Shown here: positions 48,490 through 59,431 of the stretch, piece after piece
How the letters are laid out: the number at the start of each line of letters is the position of its first letter
How positions within the stretch are numbered: position 1 is the stretch's first letter
The notes under the pieces: generated by a model
Databases searched by the model: none
What the model was told of the DNA's origin: nothing
Seen by the model: the letters and a program-made list of their open reading frames with translations, nothing else
Made by a program: the position numbers and the translations under genes
Source of the DNA: Dipteris shenzhenensis
Lineage: Eukaryota
Reading direction: 5' to 3' (one strand)
Length of the DNA: 64,000 nt
Assembly (NCBI GenBank): GCA_047967505.1
Contig: CM106538.1

Positions 48490-49790
48490 TATCGGGATCC
48501 ATGGATGCAAGAAACTCCATGATATATACTAATGACTCTTGCATAAGCCATCCCTCTGCCATGATTGCTTCCGATCTTGCTCTTTGCCTTACAAATCCCT
48601 TCAAAGTTTTCATAAACTGCTCAAGAAAAAACATCCACCGATTATGAATGGTACCTGCAATGGCCACCTCATCAACTATGTGCACAAGCAAGTGCACTTG
48701 AGTTGTCATAATTCTCAAGGGAAAGTGCTTCTCAAGCAAGAATATGGCTTTGATGGAGTCCATCCTAGCCTTCTCGATGCTCGAGATACGGAGATCTCTT
48801 TTTGAGATATCCACCTATTTCACATGCCCATGTAAGATATATTCATAATCAGTCTATAGATTATTCAACTTAAATTGAAGAAAATGCAATCAATGCGATT
48901 TGGTAGTAAGCATACCTCACAATACTAGTGATATTGAATATAGCATTTCTAACATCTTCTTATAAGCACCCTTTCACTGTAATTGGGAGGATGAACTATC
49001 CAAGCAACAAATAAGTCATGTCAATAATATAACATAATCATAATTACACTAACGCATCACGATTATCGGTACACTAATCCTACAGCTTAGAATACCTGTA
49101 AGACCTTGTGCCAATCATGGGACTTGAGCCCACTAAGCTTATTGTCCTTTGAAAATTCTCCTTTCAAGCAACACATGTACCTTGCCGGTGTTTGAAAAGA
49201 GGTAATGTCTACCTTGACTGCTACCTCCTCTCTCTTGGAGACTCTCTTGGAGAGGTCCCATGTTGCTTTCAGGAGGAATACTTTATGAGCATGCACTTGG
49301 GGCCACAAATGAGGCATCCTATTCATAGCGCGCAAGTTTTCTCGCACTCCTCTCAAGTCTTTTCAGCTCCGCATATAGTGGAAAGCACAGACCTAGCTCT
49401 CAAGCATGATGTTTGTTTATGTTTTGCCAGCATGGTCGTGAAATCGCATACAAGCACGGTGAATTAGACCTGCAGCCAGATCTGCCACAACTTGGGTTGA
49501 AGGAGGACAAGTCTAAGGAATGCCAAACCCCTCGTTACTGAGCTTGCAAGATGCAAGTGTTAATCTGTTTGAGCTTTCATTACATAACAATATAGTCAAT
49601 TACATACAGAGAGAGAGAGACGACATCAAGAATCAAATATTTGTATATCGTAAGTGAACCTGGTAACTCTGCCGTTAAACAATCCGCCTTCTGGCTCTGT
49701 ATTATGCAACGGAAGGCCCCCAAATTTTTGAATAGCACGTCTTCATTTCCATGGCTACCTAGCATACGAGGTAAATGTGGACGCCTAAGC
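48490..49790 (-). pseudogene. CACTA/EnSpm TnpD-type transposase remnant (DUF4218 region) with two introns
   Basis: GLKSHDWHKVLQ, LEKHFP..TQVHLLVH, RWMFFLEQFMKTLKGFVRQRARSE; GT-AG introns on minus at 48996-49095 and 48815-48915. Confidence 0.85.
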
Positions 49791-50549
49791 ACTGCCCTTC
49801 TGTAAGAAACCCCTGGTGTAGCTTCTTTCCATGGTCCTAAAAAGACTCTCGAACTACACTACAGATAGAAATATGCTCGCTGCAACAACAATCCAAAGGC
49901 GCTTTCCATTGTCCTATCATTTCCTTCGTTTAGATGATGAAAAAAGAAATGGGAAGAAGAAGTACGACCTATGCAAATTAATTGTTGGAAAGAATTTGAA
50001 CAAGTTGAATTCATGTACAAGGTCTCAACAACATGAATTTCCATCAAAACATCCAAGTGGGGAGATGATGTTCCCATCTTTCTTGGTCATTTAGATCTTT
50101 CAAATGTCCTTAGTTCATTTGTGCCAAATTACATCAATATGTACATGGAGCATTTCAAACTTGTACAAATGCTAATAAGACAAAACCTAAGTTTTAAAAA
50201 ACCCACTCTACTCAATAGTTTGACTTGCTGGCACGAGACATAATCAAACTTGAATCCAATTCCACTAGGGCATATACTCTTCAAAGAAGATTATCAAATT
50301 GAGTGAATTACATGGAATTTGGTGTACAAAGGGGATATATAGATTTAACATTGAAACATGTATTTATAGAAGAGAGGTCAATACTATGTAAAAAATATGA
50401 ATTTTCAAATGTACAAATATTTTATATGCATGGTTCTTGGAGATGCTATAGCAATTTTAGATAGTGAATATTTTGCAATCAATATATCTTGATAGGAATT
50501 ATTGAGGATTCCACACATTGATGTAAATGAAAGCCACTACTAATATTTC

Positions 50550-51050
50550 AACAAACACAATAGCACATGTTTGATTACAAAGTAATTGATGATATGGACG
50601 TCCTCACTATCTTCATTTTAATCAAGAGTCAAACTTTAAATCACAAGATATGTCAATTTTGACATAATGGGCACACAATACCTTTGCATTATTCCTTTTC
50701 TCATAGCGGCTTATCATCCAATGCCGAATGGTTTAATTGAAAGACTCAACAAGGAAATCAAACAAATCATGAAGGTGCATATAATTTTATCACATAACAA
50801 TTAGCATGCAAAATTGACCAAATTCCCTCCATGGATATCAATTGATGGTCCATCACTTGAAGAAGTCCATTTTGAGAATTCTATGGACAACCCCTAATTT
50901 TGCATTTGGAATTATAGCAAATCAAAATCTCAAAAAACTTGTGCAGACATAGAAATTGATTAATTGTGCTTGAGGATTAAGAAGAGAGAGAGTCAAGCGC
51001 ACAAGAGATGACTAGTTGTACACTATGTTGTACTATAAGAATTCAAAATA
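50550..51050 (+). pseudogene. Degenerate Ty3/gypsy integrase remnant
   Basis: AYHPMPNGLIERLNKEIKQIMK at ~50709 matches the gypsy IN 'AYHPQTNGxxERxN' motif. Confidence 0.6.
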
Positions 51051-51250
51051 TATACATGTACACCCGTTAAGATTAGAGTTTGCCCCTATGCCCCATGTCT
51101 ATGGTGCAATTCACACCATTCCCAAAAAACCCTTTGTCAATGAGGAATCATATATTAGACCTACGAGGTTAACTCACATTAGTGAAAGATTTGTTCATGC
51201 TTGGAGTGATATTTGTTTTGGGGAGGGCGGCATGTGCATTTGTTTTGGCG

Positions 51251-51390
51251 ATCGCTTACATATTGAACCCACTAACTCTTGAAGATATGAATAAAAAGCC
51301 ATTGGGAGGTCTTTCATGAATCGCTTACATATCGAACCCACTAACTCTAGAAGTTATGAATAAAAAGCCTTTGGGAGGTCTTTCATGAAT
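51251..51390. repeat. Two-copy 69-bp tandem repeat
   Basis: atcgcttacatat.gaacccactaactct at 51251 and 51320. Confidence 0.9.
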
Positions 51391-51913
51391 GGCCTAAGGC
51401 TTTCATGGATGTCAAGGTCTAAGGGGATGCAATTGAACAATTGAGGCATGGAGGAGTAGGCACGTTAAAGTTCATAAGGATAAAAGTGACAGGGGAGGTT
51501 TTTCTTAGATACGTTACAAGAAGCTACAATGATGGGTTTTGAAAATTACCTACTCTATGATAGAAAGTCGAGCTGGGTTTGGCGGTGGTCGAGAGGCCCT
51601 ATTAGGGAGGGTCGATTGCAGGACGTTTTGGGCCTTGGGAGGTGCCCACATTGGTATATTCGATGTCAAGTACATCAATACTAGTGAGTTTTGCAGGTGT
51701 ATGCCAACATGAATGAAGGTGACCAAGTAGCCTTCCTCCCATGTGCTAACTAAGTGGCTTTTGAGCAGTAGAGTTCAAGCTGAGAGCAAGGGTCAATGGA
51801 CACCAAATGTGCCCCCACTAGTAGCACGGTGGTGGCCAAATAGCACTTGTGTGCGTGCATTTGAAGTGAGTGGAAACATGACTTAGGGCGATGTGAATGG
51901 CACTGAGAAAGGC

Positions 51914-52118
51914 GGTGTACACACTATGCCTGCGGCCGATGCAATAAGTGAATCTGGTGTACACACTATGCCCGCGGCCGATGCAATAAATGAATCTCGA
52001 CTCTGGGTGGGCTTTGGATGGGCAATCTTGCCCATGCACTTTTGTCAAATTTGTCACTAAAAATTTTCGAAGGTTCAACCCAAAATTCAAACGTTTCGAA
52101 GGTTCAACCAAAAATTCA
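51914..52118 (+). promoter_or_regulatory. RAD1 proximal promoter/5'UTR containing 42-bp and 29-bp tandem duplications
   Basis: ggtgtacacactatgcc.gcggccgatgcaataa at 51914 and 51956; tttcgaaggttcaacc.aaaattca at 52065 and 52094, ending just before the ATG. Confidence 0.55.
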
Positions 52119-52120
52119 CC

Positions 52121-52222
52121 ATGAGCTCAACTCAGGCTGACGGTCTCGAGCTTATCTGCTTGCTCGAAAATGTGCAAGGCCTGGTGGACGCTCTCACTTC
52201 CGTTCGATGGAAAAAGCAGCAG
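52121..52222 (+). CDS. RAD1: Cell cycle checkpoint protein RAD1 (9-1-1 clamp), exon 1
   Basis: MSSTQADGLELICLLENVQGLVDALTSVRWKKQQ resembles the plant RAD1 N-terminus (LDNVQGxVDALxxVRWKRHQ); GT at 52223. Confidence 0.9.
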
Positions 52223-53534
52223 GTCTGCCTTGACATCTTTTCCTTTCTCCATAGACATTTGGGAGCTGAATTGCCATTAGTCAGAGAGTGCACAATTCCG
52301 CAAGAATCCGTGATGTGTAGATGGACCTGCTAATCATTCGAGACGTTCCAGCTAGAGACTAGCACGTACGCGCGTACGCGTGACAGGTTCAAGTCTATCA
52401 ACTTCACACTACAGCAATGCACCTTTTAGCCAGAAACATTTGGACTGACTATCATTTCCTGCCAGCTTGGGATATGGTTTGTAAAATTATATCATAATGC
52501 ATACCATAGGTAATTCAGAGCCCGTGCAACATGAAAGATGAGCGTTATGTGAATTCTTCCGTTTGGAGTCTTTCGTCACTCGTTTCCAAAGTTTTTTTCC
52601 TTTAGAGACGTATCTTCTGTAAGCGAGGATGTCATGACGTTCCGGGGATCACTAATAATCGTCGTAAACGTTGGTGGGCATCGGAGATCCCAAAATGCAT
52701 GACTGTATACCTATAGCCCGCTTATGCTGAAACAAGCTCTGTGAATCGTTTGTGTTAAAACGGTACGTACTCTTCTTTGAACATAGTGGTTTAAACAGAG
52801 TCCTAGGTAGCATCAAATTGCAAGAAAGTACGGGACAAGGCTTTTCAAGTTCAGAGATCACAGCATCAGTTTCATTTGAAGCCTGTCCAATTTAGGAGGC
52901 ACAGGGCTGACTGGACCAGGCCAAGCAGGCAGAGATGGCCACTTAGCAAAGACAGACCATCTGACCCTCCAGATGACTGGCTGTGACCAATCCGTTCTAT
53001 GTATGGCTGTCCAAAATACATTAGCAGGATGCGATCCTGTTGATTCAGGTGGCTCCTAGTGCCCATGACGTCAATTCAAGGTCTAGAAAAGTTGAAGGTT
53101 ACCCCCCTCTCCATGTCTCATCTTGCACTTCAGTCCTAAAGAGTAGAAGGGTAACATAGCTCCATAACATAGCTCCCTAAAGCACAGACACGATGACCTT
53201 AGAGTGGTTGGGTCTTGACGCAAAGGCCACTTTGCAGGGTGAGAATCTAATGGTATAGTTTGACTAGCTCTCAGTAGTCTAGACCTCACATGTAGTGAAA
53301 CTATAGTTGGGCAGTGAGTCACTAGCTCCCCATGGAAGGGCTTGCTGTCCTCGAACTCTTCAAGATGAATTGCTCATTGAGGATTCCACCTGACAGGCAG
53401 CTTTTGTATGGCCTTGGGTGAGAGTTGCGTTGAAAAGTTGCCAAAATTTGCTGGAGTCTGGCAGCAAAATGTCAGACAAAAGAGTTGCTTGCCGTAGCCA
53501 ACTAGCACGCAGCGGAAAGAAACAACTCACTCCA

Positions 53535-54288
53535 TGTACATGCATGTATGAAAAGACTTCAGATTTAGAGAGAGAATACTCAGATTTACAACCAAAGGAA
53601 TATGTATTGATGTAGAGAACCAAGTAAAGAACCCGCCATACATGTACCACAGTGTCACTGAGGTAAGGTACCAAAACCAGCTCAGTATGCTGTATACTGA
53701 GGTAGACAGTTCCTCTCTGCCGCACACCTTCATATAGGCTTCAGTAGCTACAGATAGTGAGTCTCCTCTTCCACTCTAGGGCTTTCTACCGAGCTGTAGA
53801 TCTGCCTCTGTTTGAAGGACAAAAATCTGGCCGACAAAACTGCCTGGGCTGCTTGTAAAGGGACTGCATGGAGAGGCCCAAAAGGCCCTCCTTTTTGAAG
53901 GGCCGTATGCCCCAGGACTGGAAGACCTGGCCAGTCTGTAAACTTCACAGACCAGGACTGACCTGACCCCGTACCTGATCCAACCTCAACTGCAGTCTGT
54001 CTACCTGCCGAGTAGATCCTTCCTCTATCCTATAAAAGGGCCTTATGTGCTGGTCTTACTCAGCCCCTCTGTCTACTGTTTAAGCTGCTCGCTTGGCTGC
54101 TACCAGCCCTTATGCCTTCCCTAGAGAGGCATACAGTCAGCCAATGAAGCTGACCGGGGGCCCATGTGGCTGCAATAAATCTAATCTGAGAAGGATGTAC
54201 ACCTCTGCCCATCTGGTCGCCGGATTGCTGTGCACATTGGAGCTCCTCTCCATCCCCCTTCCCCCCTGTCTTCATATGGGGGATCACA
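53535..54288 (-). mobile_element. LTR-like segment in RAD1 intron 1; probable element-internal sequence extends left to ~52880
   Basis: TG..CA termini; minus-strand start TGTGATCCCCCATATGAAGA; followed on minus by TGG; no TSD. Confidence 0.45.
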
Positions 54289-55573
54289 GGGGCTATTCCA
54301 ACACAAAACTAACCAGTAAATCCAACCATAACCATATACCAGCATGCAGTTGTTTGCTTGGCATTTCTACCTTGAAGAAAAGAGACCTATTGTATGCACG
54401 TCTATACTGAGACACATTGTCTTCCTCAACCAAGATGAAGTGGCACCTTCAATCAGACTTGGTCTGCTCAATGAATCTGAACATGGTCTGGTTTCACTTG
54501 GTTGATTTGCCAAATTCTTGGCCTGTTTCAGGGCCTTGGTTAGCCCATTGCTAGGGCCCAGGTGATGGTGGGGGAATGGCTCTTTGGTGGCCTGTGAGAT
54601 GGCTCCTGTGTGCAATCCTGTTGGGTGGAGGCCAAGCCTCCCAAAATCTGCTATTGTATGTGTGCAGTGGCTCTCCTCATGTGGGAAATAGGCTAACGTA
54701 CTCAGACCCAGACCTGTGACAGGCATTGAGATCTCCGAGCAAAAAAGGGGTAGGGAAATGAGAAAAATTCTGAGCTTGAGAAGATTAGTTGGAGTGATGT
54801 TTGTTCCCAGCCAAGACGACAAAATTGTGGTTGGTGATCCAAAGTTATTAGCCTTGAAGCCTTGTGCTAGCTTCGGCACCAATTACTGTCCTTCAAGATG
54901 GGGGCTTGTATGTGTGATCCATACATGTTAGCCCCTTCTGCTAGCCTCGATACCAATTAGTGTGCTTCAAGACTGGGGCTGTTATATGATGCATGCAATG
55001 TGAACGGATTGTTTCTAACACCCACAGAAAACTTGCATTCGTGAAAGAGGATGGCAGGGGAGGAGACAACAATCCACAACACCATGTTGGGACAAGCTGC
55101 TTCCACCCAAAAGAGGAGTTTTTCTCTATTACATGCAAAGTGAAAGCATAAATACTCACAAGTGCCCATACTGCCATCATGGAGGGAAGGCCAAGTTTTA
55201 TGTGGAAGTGCTGCTCCTCCAATTGCTTCTCCCGAAATGCTGCTCCACCGAGTGATGATGGAAGTGGGATTGAGTGCTTACTTATATGAGCTTCCACCGT
55301 GGACGTTGCTGATAAATGTCCAATTGAGCTGCCGTCTGCTGCATTGTTCTGTTATTTAAGAGGGTTTTATCATAATGCGAATACTTGTTGCGGTTCAGTG
55401 AGCCCAGCCTGGATTTAGAAATTAAAACACTTGCCGCTCTTGAGTAACCTCATGTATGTGCTTTCCTCTCTTCAAAGGATGGGCAGATTATGGGCTGAGT
55501 ACAAATGGAGCCTTATGCGCTGGTAGGATGTTTATTGCATTTTGGATAAGAAGGTAATAGGAATGCGTGCCAT

Positions 55574-55933
55574 CAAAAAGTGGGGAGCTGAATAGCCTGT
55601 TTTTCTTTTAGTTTCAAAAGAGAGTTTGATTGAGTATGCTTGTGCTTTCTAAGTTAGGACTGTAATTTTGCCTCTTTGTAGGAAGCGATACATAAGGGGT
55701 TTTCCCAAGAGACTCCGCGGGTCCTTAGAAACCCAGTATAGCTGCTTATGCTTGGGCATTGATGACTTGTTACTTGGCTTGCTAAGTGTGTCTTCCTTTT
55801 GTTTTTTATAAAAGTTTTTGTTTACCCTTTTTTCTTCTCTTTCATTTATATTCTGTGTAGATTTTTGGTCTTTAGAACAACAAAAATTCTAAATTTGTAT
55901 GATTGGGCTTATTCTAGTTTTACAAAGGTATAT
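55574..55933 (+). repeat. PLE upstream pseudo-LTR (copy of the element's 3' end)
   Basis: Matches 62682-63243 except for the absence of ~62800-62985. Confidence 0.9.
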
Positions 55934-56677
55934 TTTCTATCACCTCAGCGGACATGCAAATTCTTTGAATTTTTATCCAAGTGGTGATCAGCTGTTCAAC
56001 TACATCGATTTACACGGGTGCAGAAGCCCCAATAGCTAAAATTCTTCTCAATTATTCTTATTATTATTTTAATTCTTTTCTTTTTGTTTAATAATTTATT
56101 ATTATTATTATTATTTTAAAATCTCTCTCTCTCTCTCTCTCTTAATATTTTAGTTTACTATTGTCATTTTTATTTTAGTTTTTTACAAAAAGTGTGCTTT
56201 TGCGTTTTGTTTTGTTTTAGTTGCTCTCATTTGTTTATTTCATTGTTGATTTCTCTTTTCTTGTCTATGGTAATGATCCCTTTATTTTTTATTTTTTTAA
56301 TTGATTTATTTTTATTATTGGTAACTTTTCTTTTCTCTTTCTCTTTCTTTTGTGCTTCTAGGTTGATTAAGCTCTTACAGTGGCCTTGGGGCCCTGGCTA
56401 ACCCTAATTGTAATTGCCAGTTTGGGGGTATATTGGCTTAGCGATACGTGCTATGATGAATTCGCCTTTTGGAAACCAACAAGGCGATCTCCTAGGATGT
56501 CATCTGGCTCCTGTGACATTCCCTTGTAGAAGTAAAGGAGGAGTTACCTTGGGATGAGTAACGATTGTGCAAGCAAGCCCCCCTCTAAATACTAGTCTCA
56601 CTCTTGCTAGTGTTAGGGGATATAGCAAGGGAGAAACTGCTTTCGGATGGGCAGGGAGAGTGCAAGCAAGTTTCCCA

Positions 56678-59431
56678 ATGTTGGATCGTTTGACCTCACC
56701 GAACAACATTGGAAATACTAGTGATGGTCTTGTCTCTTTGGTAGGTGATTTAGTTGGGTCTAGCTCGGTAAATCAAAACAAAAAACTTAGAAGAAACATA
56801 TATAGAGAAAGGCTTAACTTTTTAGCTAGGTCAAACATGAATAATCTCCATGATTTTGGGGAAGGTAACACTAATTGGTCTAACTTTAAGGCTTTATTAG
56901 TTAGCACTCATTATACTAATAATAACATAAGAATTCTTAATAAACTAAGATGTCTTAGAAACAAGCAGCTCAAGACTTCTGTTTCTATTAGTTCTATTCA
57001 TGTCACACAAGTAATTTATGTTGTCTATAATATACATAGTAGTAATATGCTTTATGTAGGACAAACCTATAGGACAGCTTTTATTTGTTTTCAAGAACAT
57101 GTTAGGGAAGCTAGAAAAGCTCATAGGAAGAATTCCTTAATTGAGAATTCAAAACCCTTATATGTGGCAATGGCAAAGTTTGGGTTCGAATCTTTTTGTT
57201 GCTTTCCCATTGAGCATATAGAGGGCCATTTTAATAATGCCAAGGATTTTTACAAGGCTGCTCGTCCTCGTGAATTGTTTTGGATGAGAACTTTACACAC
57301 TTTCTTCCCAAGAGGTTTTAATTTGGAATGAAAATCAACTCTTCGTAAAAATAAAAGAACCTTTAAAAAGAACCCTTTGATGTGGAGAACTCATATCAAG
57401 TCCTTTTACAATCCTCTTTACCATTATAGTCATACACCTAACCTCGTATGGAAACCTAAAGTTATGTTACGGGGTTGGCCTAGCTCTCCTGGAATCTCAC
57501 ATGTTGTTCGTGAGTTGCCTCCCTCACTTTCTCTTCTGCCACTTCCTCCTCCTTTAGCTCCTTTAACTTCCTTAGGTCTAAGAGTTTTTGCTTCTCGAGA
57601 CTATAAAAGAAGACTACTGTACCTAGATAGATTAAAGAACCCTTTGATGTGGAGAACTCATATCAAGTCCTTTTACAATCCTCTTTATCATTATAGTCAT
57701 ACTCCTAACCTCGTATGGAAACCTAAAGTTATGTTATGGGGTTGGCCTATCTCTCCTGCAATCTCACATGTTGTTCGTGAGTTGCCTCCCTCACTTCCTC
57801 TTCTGCCACTTCCTCCTCCTTTAGCTCCTTTAACTTCCTTAGGTCTAAGAGTTTTTACTTCTCGAGACTATAAAAGAAGACTACTGTACCTAGATAGATT
57901 AATGTCTCTGGGTCTTTTTTCAATAAAAGTTTTTGAAAAATATAATGTCAAAGTTCTTTTTAAACTTCAATACACCTTGGAAAACTTCTCTTTTGAGGAT
58001 TTGAATCTAAATAAGCTCCATTATATACAACCTAAAACTTCGTCGGATCGCTTCTTAAAAGTAAAAGCTTCCTTTCAAAGGAAAGAAGTGTATCTAAATA
58101 AGGAACTCTTGATTTGTATTTTTACTTCTCCCTCTCTTGACAAGATAGGCTTAAACTCAATTTTGAAGTCTCCTGAAGCAATGGATTCTCTCCCTCATTT
58201 TGTGAGAAGAATTTGGAAGCATCCAGTAGTAGCTTGGAAGTATGTGACAAAAGGCTTTCAACTATGGAGAGATAGGTAAAAGGCTTTCAGAGCATTCGAC
58301 ATCTTCTATCCTTAGAGAACCTTGTTGTTGTAAAAGTAAGAGACTCCAAAGCTTTATTGATGCTGATTTAGGACATGTAGTCACAGCTGATACCTAAAAT
58401 TTGCTTTCTAGTAACTTAAGAGACCTTTTCATAAAAGGCACGAAATTTCGATTGTACTCTTTTAAAGAGTCTTGCCTTTTAAAAGCTATCGATAAGGGAA
58501 TCTCAAAGTTTGTTTTGCAATTAGAAGAATGTTTAGGAGTTCAAAATATCTTATCAAAATGGAAAGGGAAGATTTTGAAGAAAGTTGCTTTGAAACTAGA
58601 AGAAGTCCCTTCGGTTAATTGCTCAAAGCAAAGTAACCATCTTTCTAAAGAAGATGAAACTCTTCTTCGAAAATTTCATAGGAAATTTGTCATTTCTTAT
58701 ATGGATAAATGTTCCAATAACTTTGTTTTTATTTGCAAAAAGTTCTTTTGGGAGAAATGAACTCGTCTGCCAAAACTTACGCCCTTGCCTTAGTTTCTCA
58801 AAAGGATTTGATCTCAAAACACCAGAGTTTTTGCAAGTTTTCTGTGTTTGTTTGCAATCCAAGTATCCCTTTTCTTTGTGCTGCTTGGAAGTTCCACAAA
58901 ACTCCAAAAAAGCCAAGATTTATTACAGCTGCTTACTTTGACAGATGTCTCTAAATGGCTAAGCTACTGCTTCAAAGCCATGCTGCCTAATGTCCATGAA
59001 CTTTGGAGGGACTTATTAAAGGAGGCAGATGTCCCCTCGCACTCAAGCTGGATTTTAGATGAGTCTGTAGGAGTGATTCTTGTTGTAAAATTTTTAAATT
59101 CCTCCCGAAGCATTCAAAAAAAAGAGTCTCCTATTCTCCTTCAAACCTATGTTTTTACCACGCTTTACACAAAGATCGAGCTGGAAGACCTGAAGTTTAG
59201 AATAAAAAAGCTAGTGGCTGAAGTTTTCAAGCTAAGATTTGACAAAGATAGATGCAAAGTGCTAAAAGTTGAGAAAACAGCCTTATGCTTTGACTTTATG
59301 TGGCTAAAAAATAAAGATCATGACATCGGTTCTAAAAAGAAAAGATACACAAAGGTAGTAAGTGTTGAAGATGTTTGCTCTTGGATAGATTTTCTTTTAG
59401 ATAATCTTTACATCACAATAGATGATTCTTT
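56678..59431 (+). pseudogene. PLE ORF 5' part: GIY-YIG endonuclease, linker and RT fingers
   Basis: VIYVVYNIHSSNMLYVGQT..FQEH..RELFW..GFN; EPCCC..GHVVTAD; KGTKFR; DKCSNNFVFICK; WKFHKTPKKPRFI; FTTLYTKI; FLLDNLYI. Confidence 0.85.
57367..57902 (+). repeat. 267-bp in-frame tandem duplication (89 aa) in the PLE ORF
   Basis: aaagaaccctttgatgtggagaactc at 57367 and 57634. Confidence 0.95.

Noticed and set aside
54860-54980. Reverse Met-PBS (GCCTCGATACCA) and PPTs suggesting a TRIM
   Set aside because: Better explained as a diverged ~74-bp tandem duplication; no LTR pair or TSD.
56567-57331. Free-standing homing endonuclease of an organellar group I intron
   Set aside because: It continues in frame into PLE linker and RT motifs and lies between PLE-type direct repeats; no organellar gene context.
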